A stretch of 64,000 nt of DNA from Callorhinchus milii (taxonomy: Eukaryota), in assembly GCF_018977255.1 (NCBI RefSeq), contig NW_024704742.1, positions 48,114,001 through 48,178,000 of the forward strand, in the 5' to 3' direction. A program made the position numbers and the translations under genes. The notes under the pieces were generated by a model. The model saw only the letters and a program-made list of their open reading frames with translations. It did no database searches and was not told where the DNA came from. Shown here piece by piece: positions 11,501 to 24,636 of the stretch (positions are counted from its first letter, which is position 1; every line of letters begins with the position of its first letter).

Positions 11501-13433
11501 TCATTTCCTATTCACAAAAAAAAAATTTTAATCCTACAAGTGTAAGATTGATATGTTGTAAGATCATTGCAGTTCTGTCTGTAAACCAGTGATCATGTCC
11601 ATTTCACCACATAGATTATCTGGGGCTAAAAAATTCCGAAGGAGACCACAAAATAGCTTTTGTCTGTCTCAGACTGATTCAGCTGTACACTATATGTATG
11701 TTACAGTGGGTATCCCTTCCTGTCTCACTAGACATGTACACCTGCTTCATGAAGAGAACAGATAATATCAGTAGTCTTCGGCACAGTAACCACACAGCTT
11801 GAATATATATTCAGGTTATCTTTTAGAGTTCATGCATTGTGGTATTGTTGCACAGGTATTCTGTTTTCAGAAGCAAAATTGTATCAGCTATTCTATGAAA
11901 GCCTTGGTTCTTGCCAACCTGTGCCAAATACTTATCAGGATTTGGGTGTGGCTATCTGGGGAAAGAATTTGCAATCCACTGCAGGCAAAGAGATATTTTT
12001 GTGTACTGAGCAACTCTCAATCTGGTTTATATATTCCTTAAATATATATTCCCTGGTCATTCAATCCACGACTGTTTATGGGACACTGCTGTGCGCAATT
12101 AGCTGTTAAGTTTAGTCCACAAAATATACAGTTAATTCACTTTAGTTTCGAAGATGTGATAAGGCGCTATATCAAATGCAAGGATGATTATTATTATTAT
12201 TATTATTATTATATTTTTTGATACTCTTTCCATTTGTGTCAGACACCTGGCTGACCAAAAAAATTAAGACTGAATTGGATATTACTCAAAGAGAAAAAAA
12301 GCAAAAGGATGCAGGGACAGGGCAGGTTATTAGGATTAGAGTAGACAGCTCCAATGGAGAAACTAACACTAACCTAAATTCAGGTAAGGCCAACAGACTC
12401 CCTCCGTGCTGTAATTTCTATGATTCTCTCTAATACTTATCAATATGAGAACAAGAAATCTCTACATGAGCAATTTTCAGACTGTAAAAGAAATCCTAAA
12501 CACAACTCCCTGCAATATGAACACAGTTATATTGAATATGGAGCCAACAGTCTCAGTTTACAAAGCAAAGGTCTCCTAACAGTGGGAAACATTCTGTGGC
12601 TAATAAAGTGCAACAGTTGAAATAGTGCAATGGCCTTTTCTTACTGGCCAACAGTCACCCAGATAAAATTGTCCATTCACTTCATGGGCCATTGCTCTGT
12701 GCAAATTGGCTGCCGCATTTGTCTGCAATACACAGTGACTATGTATTACAGTAAGTGGTGTGAAGCGCTTTGAGATGTGTTCCTCAAGTGAAAGACATCA
12801 TACAAATGCAAGGATTATTATAAGAAAGAAGAAACCAAAGGTCTGAAATCCTATCTCACCTTTTTGTCTTAAATTTTAAGAATAGACAGAATTGTGGATA
12901 TTGAATTTAGTCTTAATTTGGTAGTTGGTTCTTTTCAACAACTGTACAAAACCAGCTTCCAAATTAAGAATGAATTCAAGAATTTCACACAAATCTGTAT
13001 AATCAGACATTTTAAGATATTTTAAGATTTTTAAATATCTTACCGTCTAAGACTAGGCGGAATTTTAGGTCTCAAAAAAGGTCTCAATAAAGAATTGCAA
13101 GGAATGTTGTGCATACCCTGAAAGGAGAAGCCATCGACTAACTCCATGACTGATGTTGCTTTCACGTTGGGTTGCAGCTGAGTGCTAAGTAAATACTCCT
13201 ACAGTTCTTCATACCAGTTATAACCTTACAGGCTAAAGATTAGGTGAAACTTTGAGCCTTGGGAGTGAGTGGAAAAGGACAATGATCTCTTTGTAAACAT
13301 GCGCCTGGAAAGGAAGCAGTTACATAACAGCCATGCAAATAAACTACACTGAATCATCAACCTTTTCTTAATCAAAACTACAATCAGCTACAATGTAGTT
13401 TCAATCAGCTAAGCTATCTACTATTGTATGAAA

Positions 13434-13730
13434 GTGGTTAGAGCACTCGCCTTGTAAGCGAGACACCTGGGCTCAATTCCAGGCAGGGCGAAACCTTGGT
13501 CAAGTTCCCTTACTCCACACGCCTAATAATAATCCCTCCAAAACAAAACAATAAATTGGTCATTTTCAATCCACGACTGTTTGTGGGACACTGCTGTGCG
13601 CAATTGACTGCCATGTTTGGCCCACAAATATACAGTCAATTCACTTTACAGTATATTTTGTGAAGCGCTTTGAGTTGTCTAGAAGACGTGAAAAGTGCTA
13701 TATCAAATGCAAGGATTATTATTATTATTA
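13434..13730 (+). mobile_element. SINE family A, short form, near full length
   Basis: tRNA-like head GTGGTTAGAGCACTCGC, shared body, (ATT)n tail. Confidence 0.9.
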
Positions 13731-15215
13731 AAGCCTTGGTAAGATACTGAGTTTCGCAACAGAGTCTGCCAGCACAGTTGCACTTTAGCTTAACCATTCA
13801 TCACTTCACAATTTATGTGACTTATTTTCAAGGATCCTTTTAATCTTGTATGTTGACTCTCATCACTCGTGTGTTAACCCAACATCAGCATGTCTGTAGC
13901 CTATCATGCCTTACTGAGCCCAACTAAAAAATCAAGACATCTGGCTAGGATCAACCAGATGCATTTTACTGGGATCTATTACTGGAAGTCTGAGAGTGTG
14001 CAAAGAACAAAACAAAAATTAAAGGTCCTTTTTTGCAAGATCCTAAGGGAGACGAGAATGAAAAAGGTCCTTCAGTTCATTTGATCTCATCCCTCCAGAA
14101 TACCTACCTTCCCAATACTGATCTTAAATCATTTCAATTTATTGGTTTCAGCCACCTTTCCTGGTAATCTAGCAGTTAATTACCTTCAGCATGAAGAAAT
14201 ACTTCCTGGTGTCTATCCTGAAATTGCCCTTCACAACCCTGAACGTTTACACACTCGTGCTTTACCATATCTGAAACTATTCCCCTCCGATTATTTCCTC
14301 AATGCCAATAACATCTTGTACATCTGCATTGGTCTCACCTGAGGTGTCTCTTTTCAAGGCTGAAGAGCCCATTTGTATTTTGCGCAATTGGCTGTCGCGT
14401 TTCGTCCATAAAATACACAGTCACTACACTTTACAGTATATGCTGTAAAGCACTTTGAGATGTCTCGAAGACGTGATCAGATGTTATATCAATTCAAGGA
14501 TTATTATTATCTGGTCTTTGCTCATAGCTCTCCTGAAAACATTGGAGATTATTTTCATTGCATCAAGGGGTGGAGAAGTCTCCCTTTGTCGTGGAAAACA
14601 CAACTATGGACATTATTGTGTGTTGTAGATAAAATAAAAGACAAATGGGTTTTTGGATGAAGTTGCTCTATTTAATTTATTATACACAGATGCAGATGGA
14701 CAGCTCTCTGATGGAGATAAAGAAAAGTAACTGGCTCGATCAACAAACAAACAAATCTACTCACCAGCAGTCCAACAAACAGTGATTTATGATATTGACC
14801 ATGCAAGTACCAAACAGTAATATCACAGAATAACTTAATGCTATTTTTCCATTACTAGTTTGCCTTTCCATTACTAGACAATTAATCATGAATTACACAT
14901 GCGTCACACATGTGTAAAAAGATTATTTTCCCAATCGCTGTTATTGAAATAAGGCTAGTAGAACTAATTACAAGACGGGCGAAAGTGGGGTACGTTGAGC
15001 ACAATTTCCTTTGGCAATGCATAATTATAATGGGGAAATCCCCACATTTGTGGCCTACCAAAGGTGCATAACACTCAGCGGAATTTTACTCAAAAATTAC
15101 CAAACATTCAGGTTTATCTCATTCAGTGGAGGTGACCGCAAATGGAAAATTCTAATATATTTTAAGCATGTGGAGGCCTCTGATGCCATTCTGTTACTGG
15201 CGAGATTATTATTCA

Positions 15216-15412
15216 TGGAGTCCTGTAGCATATTGATTAGAGCACTTGCCTTGCAAGCGAGAGGATCCAGGAGGGGCGAAACCTTAGGCAAATTTTCTAC
15301 TCAACACGCAAAATATAAAGTCAATCCCCTTTACAGTATATGCTGTGAAGCACTTGGAGATGTCTCAATGACGTGATAAAGCACTATATTGAATGCAAGA
15401 ATTATTATTATT
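15216..15412 (+). mobile_element. SINE family A, internally deleted
   Basis: Head GGAGTCCTGTAGC joined to the 3' tail, central part missing. Confidence 0.75.
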
Positions 15413-18400
15413 AGTCGTCGTAGTAGTATTATCCAGCAAGAGCCCACCTCTCCTTTAGAATTGTAGAGGCAAACTCCACAAAGATGAAAGGAGCATAGGA
15501 TTTTTCTGTAAAGTGTGATGTATGTATTTGAAGGTGAATTGCCTCGCTTTTAGCCTAACTCAGTTAGTAGCAGTCTTGGCCTCTGAGTCAGAAAGTTGTG
15601 GATTCAAGTCCTACATCAGGACTTTGAGTGCAGAGTCTGGGCTAACACTCCAGTGCAGTGCTGGGGGAAACTTTGCATTATTAGAGGTTTCATCATTTGT
15701 ATGAGGCATTAAACTGAGGTCCAAAACGATGGATTTTGAAGATCTCATTGCGTTATCGAAAAGAGAAGGGAGTTTGTCATTCACTTCATGGCTGTCTGAG
15801 GTACATTGCTGTGGACATAACTGGCTGCTGGGTTGGCCTAAAAATACACAGTCACTATATTTTACACTGTGAAGAGCTTTGAGACAATTCAATGATGCAA
15901 TAACCTGCTATACCATGCAAGGATTATTATTACAGTACTTGTTTGGGATTTTAATGTTGATAAGTACTTACTGTCTCAGGCTAAATAAGTCAATGGATTC
16001 CAAAGTGTGAAACTTGGTGGAAAAGTAGTGCTTTGATGTGAGCAGAATGGTAGTCTGTCAAGCAAAGACTGTAAAGGTAATGGGGATAGGAATGTAGACA
16101 CATAGGAACAGGAGGAGGCCATTCAGCTCCTCAAGTCTGTTCCGCCATGCTATTAGATCATGGCTGATTTGTACCTCAACACCAATTACCTACCTTGGCC
16201 CCATATCCCTTGATACCCTGACCTAACAAATATCTAGTCACCTCAGTATTGATCATTCAACTTTTTAGGGTGATAAAAACATTTGACACAACCTTCAGGC
16301 AGCAGCCTGCTCCTGCACCGCAGCCCATGCAAACCACATACCTACATCAATTCACCGCCACCTCCCTTCCCCTCCCCCGGATTACGTACAACTTCCTTCT
16401 GTGAGATAAATGACAGATTGCCTCTCTCTTTCTCTCTCAATCTCTTTATTCGCACAATTTTATTTGAAATAAATCTCACATATAAAATATGCGGTTATCT
16501 AAAAAGTCATGAGGGGTTAAAGATTTGGAAAGATAATTGTGTGATATCACTGCACTTTTGGATGATATTTGTGTTTAATGAAGCTCTTCCTTGTAAGTAT
16601 TTATCCGGGTGCAGATGTCACTGAATGCAAAGCTTATTGTGTGTAGTAACTTATCCGTGCTTTACTGTCGTTATTGTGTAAAATAAGAATCAATTGTATA
16701 ATTTTGTTGTGTTTGCTGTGAATAATTTTATTCCCACTGGCCCGACTGATGTATACTTCAGTCTGTTGCAGAGCTGACGACTGGGTGAACTGGCCTAATT
16801 GGCAAGCTCTACTGAAACCGAAATAAAAAGCAAAATCATTAGGTTTGTAGTGGGTGGACTTGTATTAATCATAAAATAAAATGCAACACAACAAATGATA
16901 ATAATAAATAATATTATATCAATTTAAAAAGTTAATGTGAATTGTATAAGATCCTGTTATTATATGAAATTTCTTCTGAGTATAGTTGTTTTTGAATGCT
17001 TTAAAATGGTTAACAAAAGTAACCTGAAGCATGCAGACATTTACATTTTTGCAAGAGTTCGGCAACAAGGTTATTTTTAACCAGTTAGTTTTAAACTACA
17101 AATTCAAATGAGTAAAACAACTTGCATCAAAGAGATGTCAATGGGTGTGAATGAGAATGATATGTAGCATGTGTGTGTGTGTAAAAAATAAAGCTCCTGT
17201 GCTTTATCAGTTGTTTGTAAGCTTTGCAAGAACCAGCTTCATCATTGCCTGTGATTCAGTTAGAGGTACATTCCTTTCCTACTTCCCAATACTTCCCAAT
17301 GTTTTGCTACATTTTCTGCTGATGTATGTTCCACCGTGTGATTAAGTTTAAAGCTGTAGTTATTTTTAAAATGTCATCCTTTATTATATCTTTTAAGTAG
17401 TTATGAATTGTAATGGGACATCCTCCTGACACGAAAAGCGCTATACAAATGTAATTTTGTATTGTATTATAATAAACAAATATCTTACAAACTTGACTTT
17501 CCTTGGGAATTTCTGATCTTTAGAGTACTTTTTTTGAGCAAACCTTTTAGTAATGCTATATTTTTGCCAACAGTTTCTATTGCATTATATTTTCAATAGA
17601 AAGTACAAGATCTGTTTGTATTTGCGCTGCATAAAGGCACAATGTTCTAAAGTTGTTGCTTAGACATTTCTACATCAAATTATTGACTTTTGTTTTGCTT
17701 TATATTCTGATTATTGTAATTAATTTTCATCCTAAAACTGTCAGTACTGTCCAGTAACTAGTAACTACCATTAATGATGTACCTCTATCAGGTCAAACTC
17801 AATTTCTGGACAAAATTAGATTTTTAGATACATTACTGCAACCTTTGCTCCAATATTTTATTGGACTAACAAAGAACATTTAATTTGTTCTTAAAACAGT
17901 TACTCATATTATAAAACAAAGTATATGAAAACAAAAACATTATATGAAGTCAAAAGATTGCATTGCATTCTAACTTTGCTCTTCAATTAATATGGAATAA
18001 TGTCTGCTTATTTTTTTAAAAGCGTTTATAGTTTGCATCATAATCTTTGACCAATCTGAGCATCAGTTCAGCAGATACCAAGAAACTGATGTCTATGCAA
18101 TATAATAGGATAAAACATGCTTGCGATACCGTTTTCAACAATCAGATTGGAATCTTTAATGTTTATTAATATTTGCTTTGCTTAAAACATGTCGAAGGCA
18201 CAATTAAGACTTACAATCATTAAAATTTCTTTAAAACTTAACTGATTTCTTCACTGAGGTGTTATTTCACAAATGTAATACAATTGACTTCAGGGACTTT
18301 TTAAATAAAATGTTAATAGCCTGAAAATTAGTATATTGTCCTGGGTAGGTGAACATTTAGAAATGGGGAAATTGCTAAAAAAAGATTATGTGCTTGAAAC

Positions 18401-18421
18401 AACATAAGAAATGTGAATATG

Positions 18422-18736
18422 ACATATTAAAATGTAAATGAAAATAATTTCAGGTGTCAACCTCTTTGGGAATTATTAGATTGAATAAAAAGATTCCATT
18501 AGAAGTGCCTAGCTCCCAATAACATGAAGCTTGCAAATTAATGTTATTAACAATGTCAGGATTGCAGTAGTATTTGCACAACATGCAACCTAACATATTA
18601 AAATATAAATGAAAATGAAATAATTTCAGGTGTCAATCTATTTGGGAATTATTAGACTGAATAAAAAGATTCCAATAACATGATGAGCGCATTATTAACA
18701 ATGTCAGGATTGCAGTTGTATTTTGCACAACATGTG
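18422..18736. repeat. Diverged tandem duplication of ~170 bp unique sequence
   Basis: ATAATTTCAGGTGTCAA..GGGAATTATTAGA..TTATTAACAATGTCAGGATTGCAG occurs twice in tandem. Confidence 0.85.
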
Positions 18737-21700
18737 AAAAGTAACTTTTTCTGTCTTCCCAATGAGAGGGAGGCCCTCTTAAATGCCAAGTCTGTCTAAA
18801 AATTTGTTGTTTGATTTGCAACAAAGTGTGAGTGAAGACTTGCTCCTTTTCAAAACCTCGACCCATTGGCGCTTTGTTCAATTCAATGAAGATGCACATT
18901 CACCAACCAATTTTAAATTCAATTGGTGACAGAATATTATTTTAGTCAGACATAAAAATACAAAGAGGCCTGAAATAATTATATCCTTTGTCATTTCAAT
19001 TTATTACATGGGTGAGGAATATATTTCAAATTGCACTGCAGTTCATTAGTTTAGTTGTATTCTAAATACATCAACATAGCAAAATCATTATATTATCTCT
19101 GCTCTACATGTGTACAGAAACATTTACACACAAAAAGACAATTTTGAGCATATTTTAATCAATGTGGTAATAATTATTTCAAAATATAATAGCTGGAATA
19201 GCCAGAATAGAACAGAAATAAATGGTACAACGTAAATAACTGTAACTAACGTAACAAACAATGTTGTTCACCTACTTCTTTCTTAGTTCACTTTTGATTT
19301 TGCACTGAACTGCTGGGATGAGAGGGATTCCCCCAGGCTTACATGGCCGACTGCCAATATTATACTTGTGGGTTTCCAGCAAAAATATAATTCCAGCAAC
19401 TTAAATTAGGCTCCAGTCATAAAAACCAACCCTTTCACAGCTAACATGTGGATTTCATTCTGAAAGGTTGTTCAATATTTTTTGGCCAAGTTATATACAA
19501 TATTTGTCAATAAACAATAAAATAAAAACTCGACCGCATCTGGAGTAAGATTTTACTTTTCTACAAATGATTCATTGAGTACAGATGACATTTAGTTTGT
19601 ACGTAGCTAATTTAAACACTCGGGGCCCTCAGTGGGTGTGCTGGTTCCCAATTCATCTGATCGTATTCTCACTGACATCCTACAAGGTCTCTAAACCTCC
19701 CTCAGCCCAGACACTCTGAATAGAGTGGGACTATTAGTACTTCCTATTCAGCTCTGTTACCGTATCTGTAATTCCCCCCACTCCACCCCCAAATTCACTG
19801 TGGTTTATTTCTATTCAAGGAAGTTCCATTACAAGCTTATTTCAGTTGCATAAACTATTGAATGTGTCTATTATTATTATTCAGTCCATCGTGCTTGTGC
19901 CGGCGTTTTGAAAGAGCTACCAACTAGTCTCACTCGCCCATTCTTTCATCATAGCCTTGCAAAATTGTTCTTTTTAAATACCTATCTAAGTACCTATTGA
20001 AAGTTATTATTGAATCTGCTTCTACTACTGTTTCAGGCAGTGCATTCCAGACTGTAACAGCTTGCTGCGTAAAAAAAATTCTCCTCATCTCCCTCTGATT
20101 CTTTTACCAATTATTGTAAATATCTAAATTCAGAATTTAATCTTAATCTCACGCAAAAGGTTCTGGGCTCTCAATTCGCTTAATATTGCCTTCATTCATT
20201 CTGCGATTGGGTAAAATTGTTTAGCAAATGTTTTTATTGCAGTTTAGAACTACTTAAAAGATTACCTTTACGTTAGCTCCTTACCTTGGTGAAAAGTACA
20301 TAATCAACAAATGATTCTAATATCTTCGACGTGGAACACAACAAATCATGAAATATTTACTTTGTACCCTATAATAATGTGTTATCATCCTCACCCCTTT
20401 TTGAAGATTTCTCAAAGTACTTTGCAAGATGTTACTGTAGTGCAGTGGGTTATAATGCCACATGTACATTCCAAACTAAAATACGTATAAAAATCAGTCC
20501 CTTAGTTGGTGAAGATGTAATTCAGCAAATGCAGTTTCACTTCAAGATTAAGAGTTTAAACTTGTTGAATCTGGTTCTTTTTTTTAACGTCAGCTACATT
20601 TCATCGAGGGGGCATTTTATTAACAATTGTCAACTCCTCATCAACCTCTGAACGATTGTAATTGGCAGACATTCAGAGGCTGGGTTTTGTCTGCAAGAAT
20701 AGAAAATAGTCCAAACACGCCTGATGAAGGGTCACTTCCAAAATATTAACCTCTTTCTATCCTGATCAACCTGATGTTATTCCTAGTTCAGCTTTGTACG
20801 TAATTAATCAGGGACTATTACTACAGTACATTGCTTCTAGATCTGGTTTCAGGCAAATGAGTCAGTGAGCTCCAGTTCTTGTTGGACCTATGGCTGAGAG
20901 TAGGGAAGGTCAGCAGTCAAAAATGTCTTCATTAATAAAGAACGGTGGCTGGGACCACCACTATCCAAACAGTTGCTTACACTGCTGTGCGAAATTGGCT
21001 GCCGCGTTTCGCCCACAAAATATACAGTCAGTTCACTTTACAGCATATTCTGTAAAGCCCTTTGAGACATCTCGAAGACCTGATGAGGCGCTATTTCAAA
21101 TGCAAAGGATTATTATTATATGTTACTCTTGTTAGCGGGGTGAGTTACCTACAATGCTGAAGATATTGTATTTATAGCAGGAAGTACCAATAAAGACTCC
21201 TCACAATAGCCAAGTAAGTATACATCTTGCCGACCCACAGGAGCTCAGTAAAAAGTCTCAGTTGACTGCAGATTTTAGACTTTAAGCAATTGAAATGATC
21301 AATAAGGACTGTGATATCTCAAAGTCATCATGTTTTAATAATTACTTGAACAATTTATTTGCATTTAGAGAAGGCAATTCAGTGTGCTTGTTCTCAGAAA
21401 ATCCTCTTTGACCGCAGTAACTCACGATATGTTTATATTAGGACACATAGCAGAGCTGCTTGTGTTGGAACTGACCCCATTTACAATATGTGTTTGAATT
21501 CGCAGCAACAATAAACAACCACAAGTTCATAGGTTAGTTCACTGTACCCAATGGTTTTAAAGACAATGGATTGAGATTTTATATTACAATGATAGATATT
21601 GGGTTTGTAAAGGTCTGCAAGAAAAAAAAGGTTAACGGCCCACAAAATAAATATCTCCAATCTTACCAGAGGCAGTGAGTGGGAAACATGTTTAGTTGAT

Positions 21701-22529
21701 TCTCCCAGAGGTGGAAAAGGAAGTCCACATCTGGCTGTGGCACCCACCAACTCTGGAATTGGTGCCGTTCACTCATTTATATTCAGGTACAGGTGCAGAA
21801 AAAACCCTTTATAACTGCAGATCAAAATAGCTGCTTTGCATTCAGTGTCAGAAGATACGGGGAGTCGAAATTATGTCAATTAAGGAATGAGGTGAACATG
21901 TGTTTTGAAATACAGCCCTGACTGTACTTCTGAGTTATGGTTGAGAGTTGCCACCTTGGATTCCTTCCTAGTGAGCTCACTGTTGGATCAGCACTTCAGG
22001 AGTGAATTTACAGGTTATCAATTTGGCAGTATTCCAGGGCACTGCTGATAACAGCACATCGGCTCATCGGCAGGATCTGGAAGGGCAGATCAGTCACTGG
22101 GGTCAGGGAGTCATCCCACTCAGCAACTGTTAACCCTTCAAGCCAAAGCCCTAATGAGTTGGGCAGTCCTAGCTGGACAAGCAGCGGGAAAGTTTGCCAT
22201 ACAGCGATATCGTAACAAGCTATGCAGTTTTAGCTGGTTAGACTCCAGCAGTACCCCAGTGCACATTCTGGGGTCTCCAAGCCTCGGCTCTTGCCAATCT
22301 GCGCCTAATACTTTATGGAATTAGGTAAACAGGATGCATCCCTCCAGGGAAAGAGTGCACATTCTGTTTCAACTATCTATCTCTGAAATTTTTCTGGGTC
22401 AGACACCCGGCTGACCAAAATAAAATCAATTTAATTAAATTGTCATCCTGAAAATTGGTCTCTGTGCCTGCAAAAAGTGCTTATTTTTAAACTGGAAAGA
22501 ATTGCCTTTCTGAGCTTATTCAGGGGATA

Positions 22530-22882
22530 TTGCTCTAACTATCCCTTATCACACCCTTGCTCAAAAAACCCACCCTCAATCCCTCTAATCTCTCACACTA
22601 CCATCCCATTTCCAACCCATCCTTTCTTGCCAAAGTCCTGGAATGCATTGTTGCAGGTCAACTTCAGTCACACCTCTCCCTCCACTCCCTCCTCAAGCCC
22701 CTGCAGTTTTTGACCTGCCCACAGCACAGAGATAGCACTTATCAAAGTCACAAACAACGTCCTCTCTATCTATGACCAGGGTTCCCTCTGCCTCCTCATC
22801 CTCCTGGATCTCTCTGCCGCATTTGACACAGCCGACCACGCCCACCTCCTCCACCGTCTCTACTTCCTCATGCACAGGAGGG
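22530..22882 (+). mobile_element. L2 ORF2 fragment (N-terminal RT)
   Basis: LKKPTLNPSNLSHYHPISNPSFLAKVLE; LILLDLSAAFDTADH. Confidence 0.88.
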
Positions 22883-23694
22883 GACACACACATACGGGCA
22901 CAGACACACACAGAGACACATACACACACACACTGATCTGGGTTGACACGCTGACACACAAACACACACACAGACAGACATACAGACACATACTCACACA
23001 CACTGAGCCATGCTGACACACAAAAACACATGGACACACATAGACATCCACAGACACAGACTGAGCTGGGTTGACACATACACACACGACAGACTCACAT
23101 ACACACACGCACACACGCACTGAGCCAGGCTGGCACACTCAGACACACACACAGATCCAGACACACAGACGTAAACAAACATAAGCAGACACACACACAT
23201 AGACACAGACACACACGCTCACAGACACACACCGACACACACATACACTGAGCGGGCTGACACACACACAGACACACACACACAGATGCACACACACCCA
23301 GATGCACACACAGACACAGTGACACCTCTGTATAATCTGATATTAACAGTGAGAACCTCTATATAGACAAAACACACCGTCACTAAACTTTACAGTGTAT
23401 CCTGTGAGAGAGAGATAGAGAGAGTGAGTCAGACACATACATGCACACAGACACACACACAGACACAGTGACACCTCTATATAGTCTGATATTAAAAGTG
23501 AGAACCTCTTTTTAGACAAAACACACAATCACTACACTTCACACACACACAGGCACAGACACACACACAGACATACACAGAAACACACACACAGATACAC
23601 ACAATGACACACACACACTTAGCTGGGCTGAAACACACACACACCCAAACATGCACTCAGACATAAACCCACACACACATTGAGCCGGGCTGAC
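22883..23694. repeat. Complex (CA)n-rich minisatellite; continues at 25226-25335
   Basis: CA runs interrupted by recurring ACTGAGCCGGGCTGACAC-like units. Confidence 0.9.
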
Positions 23695-24148
23695 ACAACA
23701 ACAACAAGATTACATTTGTATAGCGCCTTTCACGTCGGGAGGGCGTCCCAAGGCGCTGGACAGTGTACAGCATTTCAGACCCAAGCTGGGGTCAGAGAGG
23801 GAGAAGGGAGGGGAGGGGAAGGGGGATGGCCGATGGCATGGTCGAAGAGGACGGTTTTGAGGCAGAACTTGAAGGAGGCTAAGGAGGGGGTGAGGCAGAG
23901 TGATTGGGGATGGAATTCCAGAGGTTGGGGGCAGAGTGTCTGAAGGCTCTCCCGCCAATGGTGGGGTGGGTGGGTCGGGGGACGTGGAGCAGACCAGAGC
24001 CGGCTGAGCGGAGGGAATGGACGGGTTGATAGGGGATTAGGAGGTTGCAGAGGTAGGGTGGGGCGAGGCCATGGAGGGCTTTGTATGTGAGGACCAGGAT
24101 CTTGAACTGGATCCTTTGAAGGATAGGGAGCCAATGGAGTTGGGTGAG

Positions 24149-24478
24149 AATAATAATAATAATAATAATCCTTGCATTTGATATAGCGCTTTTCACGTCG
24201 GGAGGACGTCCCAAAGCGCTTCACAGAACACACTGTAAAGTGAATTGACTGTATATTTGTGGGCGAACGCGGCAGCCAATTGCGCACAGCAATGTCCCAC
24301 AAACAGTCGTGGATTGAAAATGACCAATTTATTATTGTTTTTGGTTTTGGAGGGATTATTATTAGGCTCTGTGTGGAGTAAGAAAACTTGCCCAAGGTTT
24401 CGCCCTGACCTGCCTGGAATTGAACTCAGGTCTCTCACTTGCAAAGCGAGTGCTCTAACCACTGAGCTACAGGACTCC
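24149..24478 (-). mobile_element. SINE family A, young full-length copy inserted in L2
   Basis: Nearly identical to 53982-54310; interrupts L2 ORF2. Confidence 0.92.
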
Positions 24479-24540
24479 TCGGGGGAGATGGGGTCATGGA
24501 GTTTGGTGCAGGAGAGGACAGGGCTGCAGAGTTCTGGATT

Positions 24541-24636
24541 ATCAATTCACTTTACAGTATATTCTGTGAAGCGCTTTGGGACGTCCTCCCGACGTGAAAA
24601 GCACTGTATCAAATGCAAGGAATATTATTATTATTA
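24541..24636 (+). mobile_element. 5'-truncated SINE family A inserted in L2
   Basis: 3' tail only; L2 sequence resumes on both sides. Confidence 0.85.

Noticed and set aside
22693..23528. Cys/Val-rich ORFs
   Set aside because: Translations of (TG)n repeats.
22930..23700. CRISPR-like repeat-spacer appearance
   Set aside because: Eukaryotic context, low-complexity CA spacers of irregular length, no cas genes.
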